DNA from: a virus
Lineage: Duplodnaviria; Caudoviricetes
Direction: 5' to 3' (one strand)
IMG/VR virus record: IMGVR_UViG_2548877036_000005
Coordinates: 1-64,000 of that record
Length of the DNA stretch: 64,000 nucleotides
Every line of letters begins with the position of its first letter. Position 1 is the first letter of the stretch. The translations under genes were made by a program, and so were the position numbers. The notes below the pieces were generated by a model. The model searched no databases. It was not told the origin of the DNA and was given only the letters and a program-made list of their open reading frames with translations. Shown piece by piece: positions 29,223 through 37,908 of the stretch.

Positions 29223-29996
29223 TTGTCGCCGCGTGTGCTCGTTATCGACGTGGAGTCTCAGAGGGCTGTAGTCGAGTCGTTTAATTTGTTTCCTAAGTAC
29301 ATCACAATTGATCGGGTCATTCGGCCTACACGCCTGCTGTGCTTCGCTGCTAAGTTTGTAGATGAAGACCGCGTGCGATTCTTTCCCGCTTGGGATGATG
29401 ATGACCTGCCCGCGTATGAGCGCATGGTACACGCGGCTTGGGCGTTGTTGGACGAGGCTGACATTGTTGTCGGGTGGAATAACACCCGTTACGACGATAA
29501 GTATTTTAATGCAGCATTCGGTAAGATGGGCTTGGGGCCGGTCTCCCCATATAAGTCTTTGGACTTAATGCAGGTGGCCAAAAAGAACTTCGCGGCAGGC
29601 GAGCTGAGCCTCAAATTGGATTGGTTCTCGCGTATGTGGCTGGGGGACGCGAAAACAAATCACGGCGGCACAGACCTGTGGCACGACATAAGGTATGGCA
29701 CGCGAGCAGAGCGTCGCGCCGCCCAGAAAATCATGCGTACGTACAATATCCACGATGTCGAGTTGACCGCAGAGCTTTATCATAAATTCTTGCCGTGGTC
29801 GAACATCAATATGGGTATTTACCATGATGATGGTGTGCCGCATTGTTCTAAGTGTGGTGGGACTGATTTGCGGCGTTCTGGGTTTCATTATACGTCTGCG
29901 GGGAAGTTTCAGGAGTATCGTTGCCGGGATAAGGATTGTCGGGGTTGGTCTCGTGGTTCTAAGCGGTTGGCGACTACTGAGTTGAGGTCGGCCTGA
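29223..29996 (+). CDS. DnaQ/RNase H-like 3'-5' exonuclease with Zn ribbon
   Basis: IDVE, GWN...YD, YNIHDV, CSKCG...YRC..C. Confidence 0.85.
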   Translation: MSPRVLVIDVESQRAVVESFNLFPKYITIDRVIRPTRLLCFAAKFVDEDRVRFFPAWDDDDLPAYERMVHAAWALLDEADIVVGWNNTRYDDKYFNAAFGKMGLGPVSPYKSLDLMQVAKKNFAAGELSLKLDWFSRMWLGDAKTNHGGTDLWHDIRYGTRAERRAAQKIMRTYNIHDVELTAELYHKFLPWSNINMGIYHDDGVPHCSKCGGTDLRRSGFHYTSAGKFQEYRCRDKDCRGWSRGSKRLATTELRSA

Positions 29997-30293
29997 TGGC
30001 TCATGGGGCTTCCTATGTAACCGTGATCGTTGATTTTGGTTTTGATCCTAATCCGTTCCGTTGGGACGTTTTGGAAACTTGGATGATGGTTTCATTTTAT
30101 GACGAGTTGAGGCTGATCAATTGGCTGCTAGAGGGTCGATAAAGCCGCTGCCTGATCCTGCCCGGAACATCATGTTGGAATTCAAGCAGTCTGAGCTTCT
30201 GCGGATGGTTGATAAAGCTGCGTCTGCTGGGGTGTCTACGCATGAATGGGCTCAGGAGGCTTTGATCGTCGCCTGTAAGTAGGGGGTGGTCAT

Positions 30294-30722
30294 ATCGCAG
30301 GGAATCTGCGTCGGAAAGCTGGCCCTGATGCTGCCCGTACCGATCGTGAGTATCAGCGCGCGCGGCGTATAGCTCAACGTAGGTCTTCTATCTGCACTGT
30401 GTGTCGTCAGGCTGTGGATATGCGTTTGAAGCCTATTTGTAGGTTTGTGGATACTGATGGTTTTCCGGTTGAGCGGGCGCATGAGATTCCGTTGGAGTGT
30501 GGTGACCCGAATTGTCGGGCAGGGCACTCACGTAAGCCTAATCCGTGGTCGTGGTCTGCTGGGCATAAGGTTCCGGTTGCGAAGTTGGCTCCGGATTCTC
30601 CGTTGTTGACTGATCCGAATAACCTCGAAACGCAGCATTTGCGCTGTAATAAACAGGTCGGTGATCGTGATACCGGCAAATCGGATACTAGCTGTAAGGT
30701 TTCTCGTGATTGGTTCCTGTAA
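30294..30722 (+). CDS. HNH endonuclease (packaging-associated type); start appears to be ATC
   Basis: ICTVC...HKVPV...NL...HLRCN; reading frame open back to ATC 30294 after AGGGGG. Confidence 0.7.
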   Translation: MAGNLRRKAGPDAARTDREYQRARRIAQRRSSICTVCRQAVDMRLKPICRFVDTDGFPVERAHEIPLECGDPNCRAGHSRKPNPWSWSAGHKVPVAKLAPDSPLLTDPNNLETQHLRCNKQVGDRDTGKSDTSCKVSRDWFL

Positions 30723-31039
30723 AGATTTTAGTCCGTTGTTGGACAGGTTTGAGTGTGTTGAATGCTTAGACAGGTTCCGTGTTGTTTATCCGGCGAAATG
30801 GATGCTTCAGGTTCACCAGTTGACGCATGGGCATATGGCTTGGCGTGTGGTGGGCGAGGATTCTGATTCTGTTGAATGGGATAATTCCTGATGCCCCGGC
30901 CCAATGGCGAGCCGTTCTGGTTTGAATCCTATTCTTCGCCTCTTCCCCAGTTTGGGGAGCGTCGGCCTGTCTCGGAGGGTTGGCCGGAGGTTCCGGAGGG
31001 ATTCGATTTCGAGTTGTGGCGTGACCGGGAGCGGTATTG

Positions 31040-31240
31040 ATGTCTGATCTTCCTAAGTATTCGGTTGTGTTCTCAGATGAGGACAATGAGTGGGTTGCGA
31101 CGTGTGATATTTTTCCGTCGTTGTCTTGGCTTGATTCTGATCCAGTTGAGGCGCTTGAGCAGTTATGTAATTTGATAGATGACGTTATCGATGACTTGGT
31201 TTATGCCGAGTTTCCGGGGCATTTGAGGTTGGTGAAATGA
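31040..31240 (+). CDS. HicB-like antitoxin domain (solo)
   Basis: YSVVFSDEDNEWVATC..FPSLSWLD..P.EAL. Confidence 0.75.
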   Translation: MSDLPKYSVVFSDEDNEWVATCDIFPSLSWLDSDPVEALEQLCNLIDDVIDDLVYAEFPGHLRLVK

Positions 31241-31357
31241 CTGATTCCGAGGATGATGCTGTTGAGGTTCCGGAATTTTCGGAGCGGCGTCGAATGTATG
31301 GGATGCCAGCTTGTTGTGATGCGAAGTCGGTTGAGGATTTTCTGAGGCAGTGGGGTA

Positions 31358-31558
31358 ATGGCTGAGGAATGGTCTGAGGATCGTATTCGGGGGATTGTGC
31401 GGGATGAGTTGGCGGCGGCTGAGGCTGAGGCGTCTTTGATGATTGCTACTGAGCAGGCGTTGTATAAGGCTGTTTTTGACCAGTTTTTGGCTGATTCTGA
31501 TCTTCCTGATGATGTGCGTGCGCAGTTGTCTAAGTTTGTGGATGATCTGCTTGGCTGA
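31358..31558 (+). CDS. Hypothetical protein
   Basis: GGGG RBS, helical acidic protein. Confidence 0.5.
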   Translation: MAEEWSEDRIRGIVRDELAAAEAEASLMIATEQALYKAVFDQFLADSDLPDDVRAQLSKFVDDLLG

Positions 31559-31563
31559 GTTCG

Positions 31564-31637
31564 GCTGCCTTAGCTCAATCTGGTAGAGCAGCGGCTTTGT
31601 AACCCGCAGGTTGGCAGTTCAATTCTGCCAGGCAGCT
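31564..31637 (+). tRNA. tRNA-Thr(TGT)
   Basis: GCTGCCT/AGGCAGC acceptor, D-arm, TT-TGT-AA loop, GGCAG-TTCAATT-CTGCC; C31-C39 mismatch; no CCA. Confidence 0.9.
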
Positions 31638-31640
31638 CAA

Positions 31641-31746
31641 TGTGGGGTGAGGATCAGTGGGAGGGCCAGGGAAAGCTAGCTAGTACCTGGTGGCCGTGAT
31701 CGGCGCATAGGGCGCAGGCAGCGGGTTTAATTCCCGCCGCCCCGCA
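31641..31746 (+). ncRNA. tRNA-like element (acceptor and T-arm, no canonical D/anticodon arm)
   Basis: TGTGGGGTG/CGCCCCGCA, GCGGG-TTTAATT-CCCGC, internal GATCA/TGATC and CCAGG/CCTGG. Confidence 0.6.
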
Positions 31747-31751
31747 GGTTT

Positions 31752-31823
31752 AGCGGTGTAGAGCAGTGGTAGCTTGTCGGGCTCATAACCCGAAGGTCGC
31801 ATGTTCGACTCATGCCACCGCTA
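31752..31823 (+). tRNA. tRNA-Met(CAT), initiator-like
   Basis: AGCGGTG/CACCGCT, GAGC/GCTT D-stem, TCGGG-CTCATAA-CCCGA, GCATG-TTCGACT-CATGC. Confidence 0.92.
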
Positions 31824-31971
31824 CGTAGGGAAATGGTGACGCCCCCGGTTTGATTCCGCGAATGGGTTGCCGGTGTCAGCCTTCTACCTGAGTGAAGGTC
31901 GAGCCACCTATGTTCCGGTGACTATTCAAGCCTTTTGGTTATGGACTCCCGGTGCAACAGTTCAGGTGGCC

Positions 31972-32045
31972 GCAAGGGTGTAGTTTCAATCAAAATACTG
32001 GGAGTCCAACCCCGGAGATGCAGGACGATCCTGCTGCCCGCGCCA
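31972..32045 (+). pseudogene. Degenerate tRNA-Gly(TCC)-like element ending in CCA
   Basis: GGGTG-TA-GTTT, CTGGG..TCC..CCCGG, GCAGG-ACGAT-CCTGC, TGCCCGC-G-CCA. Confidence 0.45.
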
Positions 32046-32085
32046 ATAAAAATGATATGTGCGTGATGCACGGAAAGAAGGCGTG

Positions 32086-32364
32086 ATGCCTAAAGAGTAT
32101 ATTGGTAGGGAACCACAAGAGCGTGGCTCTGTTAGTGTGTCGTGGGGCCGGGACCATTGTATGGTGCAGTTGTCTGTGGCCGGTCCAATCGGGTGGAGAA
32201 GCGACCGCTTGCCGTCGCCCGATCCCAAGGGTGTGCAGGTGTGTGGCTATTCACCTGATGAAGATTTGGATTGGCATTTTAGCGTTAAGCACCGTAATGA
32301 GATCAACGATTTGATCCGTGTGCTTCGTAAGGCTCGTGATCAGGCTTTTGGCCGGGACGAGTAA
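32086..32364 (+). CDS. Hypothetical protein
   Basis: GAAGG RBS; MPKE...V.WGRD...R.EINDLIRVLRKARDQAFGRDE. Confidence 0.65.
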   Translation: MPKEYIGREPQERGSVSVSWGRDHCMVQLSVAGPIGWRSDRLPSPDPKGVQVCGYSPDEDLDWHFSVKHRNEINDLIRVLRKARDQAFGRDE

Positions 32365-32603
32365 ATAGACTTCGGGTTAGGCTACCCGCGATCCTCCTTT
32401 GGGTCGTGCCCACTCCTTTGGGGGCAACAAAAGGCCCCAGTAACGGTTGTATCGCCGTGCCCGTCTGGCCAGTTAGGGTGAATGATCCGCTGTTGTCATC
32501 GTTAGGGACATAAGCGGGCCGACGCTGACTAAATATCGGCCACCTAAAATGTGCCCAGGTGGGGTGCCTTCCCTGTTGAAATATCCTACCTAAGGAATAA
32601 GTT

Positions 32604-32807
32604 ATGCAGCGTATCGGCATTGAGCGCTACAAGCGGGAGTTACACGATAGCCCGGACGGATGGCCCTATTCGGGGTTGATTGAGGGTAGTCGAGATGATG
32701 GTTCCCGTTGGATTATGTGGCTTGATGAGCAGGGCAGCCCCGCGTTGTTCTACGCGAACCGTGATGAGTACGGTGGCGTGGTTGGTGACCCGGTGGCTTT
32801 GCAATAA
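32604..32807 (+). CDS. Hypothetical protein
   Basis: TAAGGA RBS. Confidence 0.6.
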   Translation: MQRIGIERYKRELHDSPDGWPYSGLIEGSRDDGSRWIMWLDEQGSPALFYANRDEYGGVVGDPVALQ

Positions 32808-32811
32808 ATCT

Positions 32812-33650
32812 GCCCACCTGCATGCAAGGTGGAGCTGTAAATCCAGACGTGCATAGAAGCTGCACGGTCATGAAAGAGCACATACCGGCTGCTGGTGTCG
32901 GGTGTGTGTGCGCCTAGCGGATGGTGCGAAGATGTCCGCAGACGGCCACGCATGTTTTATCTGACGTGGTTGGGGTGACACCGCTTTTAGGTGGTGAAGA
33001 AACCCGTGAGGTGTAAACGTGTCTGCCCTCCGCTGTGATAGCCGACAGCAGAGCGGGCGTGAGTGGAGTTTCCGACAGGGCGCTCATGCTTTCACCTTGT
33101 TAAGGTTGGACACCTTCGGGTAGGTGGAGAGGTTAACTCTGCGAAGCTAGGTGTCGTGCGGGAATAGGCCCCCCGTATTTTCTACCCAAAACCTGCTAGC
33201 CGGGATAGAAGTGCTAGCCCCATATTCCGAATGGGTTACGGAGGTAGTGATACCACCACTGTGGAACCCCAGAACCGTCCCTGTAGCCCTCTTTTTTTTA
33301 GAGGGCAGATCAAACGGCTGGGTAGTTGCGCTGTGTCTATCCGTCTGGGGTTCTACGGCCCTGGGGTGATAGATGTGTGGCGAATGAGCTAATTCGTCAC
33401 AGCTTGGCAAGCTAATCCTCCCAGCCCCCCCGTCCAGGGTTCTGCACTGGCTGGGTTTTAGGTTGCCCGTGATCCTAAACGGGCCGACTTGGCTCCCCGT
33501 TACTTGTTGCCCGGCATTCCCTTCTGTCGTCAACCCGAAGGATTAACTTGTGGGGATTGGGTGTCCCCGTACGCGACCAGGCTCTCGCGTCTGTTCAGTA
33601 GGGTGAACGCACGGAAACCGCCCAATCTTAAACGGCAAACGGTCATGTGC
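32812..33650 (+). ncRNA. Candidate large structured ncRNA (about 850 nt)
   Basis: No credible ORF; about 20 consecutive stems, including 15-bp 33259-33273/33344-33358 with G-U pairs on + strand. Confidence 0.5.
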
Positions 33651-33659
33651 CCGCAATCT

Positions 33660-33740
33660 TCACCTGTGCGCTCAAATGGTTAGAGCGGCTAGCGGTACCC
33701 AATCCGGCAGTGTGTCTCGGTTCAATTCCGGGCAGGTGAT
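33660..33740 (+). tRNA. Atypical tRNA with elongated anticodon arm (identity unclear)
   Basis: TCACCTG/CAGGTGA, GCTC-AAATGGTTA-GAGC, CTCGG-TTCAATT-CCGGG; loop TACCCAAT. Confidence 0.65.
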
Positions 33741-33899
33741 CAGGGGATGCAACCTTTTCCAGAGAATGCTGCATCATCGCGTGGGTGCTGGAAACACCGC
33801 GAGGCGACGGAATGTAGGACTCACCCACCCGGCCTAAAAAAAGGGTGAACGGGAGGTAGATATTTCTACGATCACGCTGGGTCCGTTAAGCCCATCTCA

Positions 33900-33958
33900 T
33901 AGACGACTCTGGTGGGGCCGGATACAGGTTGCGGAGGTTCGATTCCTTCATCGTCTAC
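33900..33958 (+). ncRNA. Mini tRNA-like element
   Basis: TAGACGA/TCGTCTA with GGAGG-TTCGATT-CCTTC T-arm and one internal hairpin. Confidence 0.55.
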
Positions 33959-33960
33959 AA

Positions 33961-34088
33961 GGCATGGTTGGTGGTTCGAATCCGCCTGCGGTTATTGCCC
34001 TCTATGCATGGAGGGAGCTGGGTCTTAGTTCGCGCGAAAGCCACCCGGTGCGGTAATACGTATACGTCTCAATTGGTAGAGCGGTGCC
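33961..34088 (+). ncRNA. Second circularly permuted tRNA-like element with extended acceptor arm
   Basis: GGCAT/GTGCC closing stem; T-arm GGTGG-TTCGAAT-CCGCC first, D-arm CTC-AATTGGTA-GAG last. Confidence 0.65.
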
Positions 34089-34170
34089 CCTCTACTTCCA
34101 CCTTTCCCAGTCCCCTAACTCGCTGCGGATGCGCCAAGGATTGTGTTGGCGCTGAAAATGGTGGACCAAT

Positions 34171-34243
34171 GTCTGGGTAGCTCAATTGGTAGAGCGGTGG
34201 TCTCCAAAGCCACTGGTTGCAGGTTCAAGTCCTGTCCCATTCG
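34171..34243 (+). tRNA. tRNA-Trp(CCA)
   Basis: GTGGT-CTCCAAA-GCCAC, canonical D and T arms; two mismatches in acceptor stem. Confidence 0.85.
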
Positions 34244-34396
34244 CGGTTGCGCGGGGCAGGCGTTGGGCGGAACCGACCGTTCACCCCGCTCGCGTCCCGG
34301 CGCGGTTACGGCAGCACGTAAGGATCTGCCGATCCGGGCATAACTTTCTAGCTATTTAGCCCAGCTTGGCGTATTAAACCATGTGCAAAGTGAAAC

Positions 34397-34612
34397 TCAT
34401 TCGGTGATGTTGAATCGTACGTTTTGACCGTTAACTATTTTCTGCACATTGGGGAATGGGATGCCGTATTGGTCAGCGATTTTGCGGTATGACCATCCCT
34501 CATTGTGGAGTTGTCGGATGAGTTCGTGGGATTGTCGGTAGAGTTCACTGGTTTCATCCATTGAGCTTTTGAGTTCTTTGATTATTTCGGCCATCAGGTC
34601 AGGTGTGGTCAC
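34397..34612 (-). CDS. Small HTH DNA-binding protein
   Basis: EGWSYRKIADQYGIPFPNVQKIV. Confidence 0.7.
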   Translation of the reverse strand: MTTPDLMAEIIKELKSSMDETSELYRQSHELIRQLHNEGWSYRKIADQYGIPFPNVQKIVNGQNVRFNITE

Positions 34613-36351
34613 ACTTGTACCGCTTTCAGGTCGTGTGGATGCCATTGCCCCCATGTTTCGGCCCATGCTGTTTGGGCTGCGCTCTTGGTTTTGAATACGG
34701 CTACTTTGGATACTGTGATGCCGTTTGGTAGTTCCCAATCCAGGGTTGGGTACCATTCTTCATCGAATGCGGGGCCTCCCCAGTAGTGGCCGTCGAGGTT
34801 TTGGATTACCCAGCCTTTTTGTCCGTGGTAGTAGGTGGTTTTCTGCCAGAGTGAGCGTGCTGGTTTTTGGCCTTGTCTAATTTTTTCGGTGCGATAGATT
34901 GTTCTCACTTGAAAAACTCCCAGCTTGGCGGATTTAAAGCTGTGCAAAGTAGCGGCGTGATTGGGTTATGGGATGGTCCAGTAGTTGCAGCTACTTGTGG
35001 ACGGGTTGCATGCGATGGCGGGACCGCTGTTGGTGTATGGCGGTGTCTCCCAGGTGGGCATGAGTGGCCCGTTGTATCCCGGCTGGTATTGGCAGACGTT
35101 GAATTGTTCGCAGGGCGCGGTGTAGATGGCTAGCGCGAGTAGCGTGGTGATCATGGTTTGTTCTTTTCTGCGATTCTGTCGAGTATTTTGTCGATCCACG
35201 TCGGCTCGTCAGGGAAGCCGCGCCGCATATCCGGCCTGTAGGGTTTATATCCGGGCTGTAATGTCACACTGGTAACCAAGTCGCCGTAAGCGCTCATGCT
35301 TGTTCCTTGTGTTGCTGTAGGTAGGCGATAACCTCTATTTCGCGCTTGCTCCAAGCCCTACCAGGACAGATTGAACCACCGACAAATCGGTTGTCATAGG
35401 ACTTAATCGCCGTCCTGACCCGACCGCTCGGGTAGTACTCCAGGTATAGCTGCGCGCCTTCGGGATGTTGGTATTGCACTGCGAATCGATCTGGTTTCCA
35501 CCAAACATGTCTAGCCTCTATAAGGCTCCAGCCGTTTTCTTTGGCTGCTTGTTCTATACGCTCACGCCCGGTCATAGTGATGTCTCGCAAGTGCATGGTG
35601 TCGGATACCCGCAGTAAGAGCACTTGTCTAGGCTGTCCCAGATGGCATCAAAGTCATAGGTCTCGGTGCTCATTGTTCTTCCCTTAGGTATGAGAGAGCT
35701 AGACGGACACCTTCAACCTTGCCGCCGAGTCTGCGAACCTCGGCGATATCCACGTCGCCAGGGTGTAGAGATTTAGACTTAGCGGCGGTGTGCATGGCCA
35801 CCAGTTCAAGTTCGGCTTTCTCTAGCCGTTCTATTACTGCATCGATATCGGTCATAGCACTGTCCAACCATCCGGTCCACTCTGCTCTAGACGTTCAAGC
35901 CATTGGCCCATAACGGACTGTGCAATCGAATTTATCGCCGCACGCACCGCTTCCTCGCCAGGATATTTCTCGGGCTCTGAGTAGAGTTTACCCACGGGCG
36001 TCTGGTACACGTATCGAATCATCGTCCCTCCTTGTTTAGTAGTTCTGTAAGGTAATAGGCATGCGGTCGTCTAGAACGCGCGTACGGAGCGTGTCAGCCA
36101 TTGCGAGACCTCACATACTCGCTAGCCGCCAATAGTGCGCGCGCTAAGGTCTCGGCATCGTCTGCGTTCTCAATCACGCTACTGACTCCAGACATGCCGA
36201 TCCTGCCGTCCGTTCGGCGGATGAAGATCTCACCGGCATGTATTCCAGTGCGCTTAGTTCCTGTCATTGAACAGGTTACCGGCACTTCCCAGGATGCTTC
36301 ATAAAAATCGCTGGGCACCTTTTCAGGTAGCTCTACCGTCAATGTGCTCAC
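34609..36351 (-). other. Leftward small hypothetical genes (34609-34947, 34966-35154, 35151-35297, 35294-35575, 35670-35855, 36094-36351)
   Basis: Coupled minus-strand ORFs with RBSs. Confidence 0.55.
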
Positions 36352-36380
36352 TGTTCTAGTTCTCCTTAGTGAGTAGGTAG

Positions 36381-36779
36381 TCAGAGCCGGTCAACATTGT
36401 GGGCGACGTGATCGAACTTGTCGGAACCGCCGAACAGGGTTACTACCCCGTCAACCTGCGCCCCCACCTGGTTGTAAAGTTTCTCCGCTTTACGGGAATC
36501 GCTGTCATAGCCGAATTCGTCGGCCCAAGACTCAAAAGATCCTGCGTCACGATATGCGCTGACCTCACTAACCAGTGAGTCTGCCACTTCTTCAGCGCTG
36601 GGGCGGGTAGTGATTGCCATACCTGCACGCCATGGGGTAGTGAACCTAAAGCCATCGGCATTTTCAAGTGTCACAGTGTAGGCGCGGTGGTCCCAACCAT
36701 CCTCGTCACGCGCGTACCCGTGATCTTCAATATTGACGATACCGATGTCGTTGACTTCGATGTATTCCGTGATGTTCAT
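36381..36779 (-). CDS. Hypothetical protein (FESWADEFGYDSDSRKAE family)
   Basis: TAGGA RBS; recognisable phage early-gene motif. Confidence 0.7.
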   Translation of the reverse strand: MNITEYIEVNDIGIVNIEDHGYARDEDGWDHRAYTVTLENADGFRFTTPWRAGMAITTRPSAEEVADSLVSEVSAYRDAGSFESWADEFGYDSDSRKAEKLYNQVGAQVDGVVTLFGGSDKFDHVAHNVDRL

Positions 36780-37111
36780 TTCTTGTTCCTATCTATTAGT
36801 TGGTATGTGGGTTACTTGGCGCTCAGCTGTAAGAAGACCGCGCGCCACCGCGCTTCACAGAAGGTCCGGGTCCATCCGCAACGTCCGTCACAACTCTTGT
36901 CGTGTTCCATTGTTTCTATCCTTGGTATGTAGTAGGGGATTAGTAGGGTAGGTCGGTCAAATCGTCTGAGTAGTGTTCGGCATAGTTGACCTCGTGCCCG
37001 ACAAGCGCGGCTGCGTGCTCGGCGGCCTCGCATTCACTGCTTGCGATGACGTAGATGTCTTCATCTCCGGTGTCTACGACATACACGGCGCTCATCTATC
37101 TAGTCCTTATC

Positions 37112-37312
37112 TCAGTCTATTCTGACGATATGCCCGACTACATTGCCGTGCCCGTCCTGCACGTCCAGTGCGTGATCGATCGTTTTACTACCGGCCATAA
37201 TCACCGGGTTATGCCACAGCTTGCGTGTCATTACTAGTGCGGATCTCAGTGCTTGCACACCTTCACCGGACCACAGCCGGGCACCCTTGCTGGTAAGGAT
37301 TACTTGCCTCAT
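37112..37312 (-). CDS. Hypothetical protein
   Basis: ATG within start-associated repeat. Confidence 0.65.
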   Translation of the reverse strand: MRQVILTSKGARLWSGEGVQALRSALVMTRKLWHNPVIMAGSKTIDHALDVQDGHGNVVGHIVRID

Positions 37313-37316
37313 CTAT

Positions 37317-37703
37317 CTAGTCCTTATCCAATGGACGGTAGGCAATCCACCAACCGTATCCCCGGTCATCGTCTTCAAATTCTGGCTGAGAGCCATCCTC
37401 TCGGTACCCGTTGGCGACCAAGCACACGTAGTCACCTGGCGTCTCCAGAATGTGCCGTTCAAGTCCGCCACCGACAAATTCGGACTGGTGAAATGTGGGG
37501 CCGTGGTAGTTGTACTGGCCGCTAAAGCCGCGTAGCAGCTCCCACCCCTCGGGAATGCCCTCTATGCGGTCCAGTGAGCTGCCATCTGGCGTAAGTACTT
37601 CCTCCACGCTGTCAAAGTGGTCATTGCGTGGGGAGTCAATCACAGCACCGCCAGGTAACACTCTCACGATGTGATCGAATTGCATTTTATCGTTGAGGTT
37701 CAT
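37317..37703 (-). CDS. Hypothetical protein
   Basis: TAAGGA RBS; GFSGQYNYHGP..H.SE.VGG motif. Confidence 0.7.
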   Translation of the reverse strand: MNLNDKMQFDHIVRVLPGGAVIDSPRNDHFDSVEEVLTPDGSSLDRIEGIPEGWELLRGFSGQYNYHGPTFHQSEFVGGGLERHILETPGDYVCLVANGYREDGSQPEFEDDDRGYGWWIAYRPLDKD

Positions 37704-37707
37704 TGCT

Positions 37708-37908
37708 CTAGTCCTTATCGGTAGTAGGGTCTGTAACCACTTGCTCGCGCTCACGGTCTGTGAGAGATGACAGAAACCCGACTACGGAATTCTCAGTCGT
37801 GAGGGCTACTGGATACGTTGAATCTCCGTCTTTCATCCAAACGACGTACTGCAACTTCCCGCCCTCGGTTAGACCCTCGTAATACGGCAGGCCCTTGTAT
37901 GTGCTCAT
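37708..37908 (-). CDS. Hypothetical protein
   Basis: TAAGGG RBS, first gene after promoter. Confidence 0.65.
   Translation of the reverse strand: MSTYKGLPYYEGLTEGGKLQYVVWMKDGDSTYPVALTTENSVVGFLSSLTDREREQVVTDPTTDKD

Noticed and set aside
31641-31746. tRNA-Sec or tmRNA
   Set aside because: No TCA anticodon loop, no tag reading frame, too short for tmRNA
33147-34343. Track ORFs in the RNA island
   Set aside because: No RBS, atypical composition, and they overlap tRNA or structured elements
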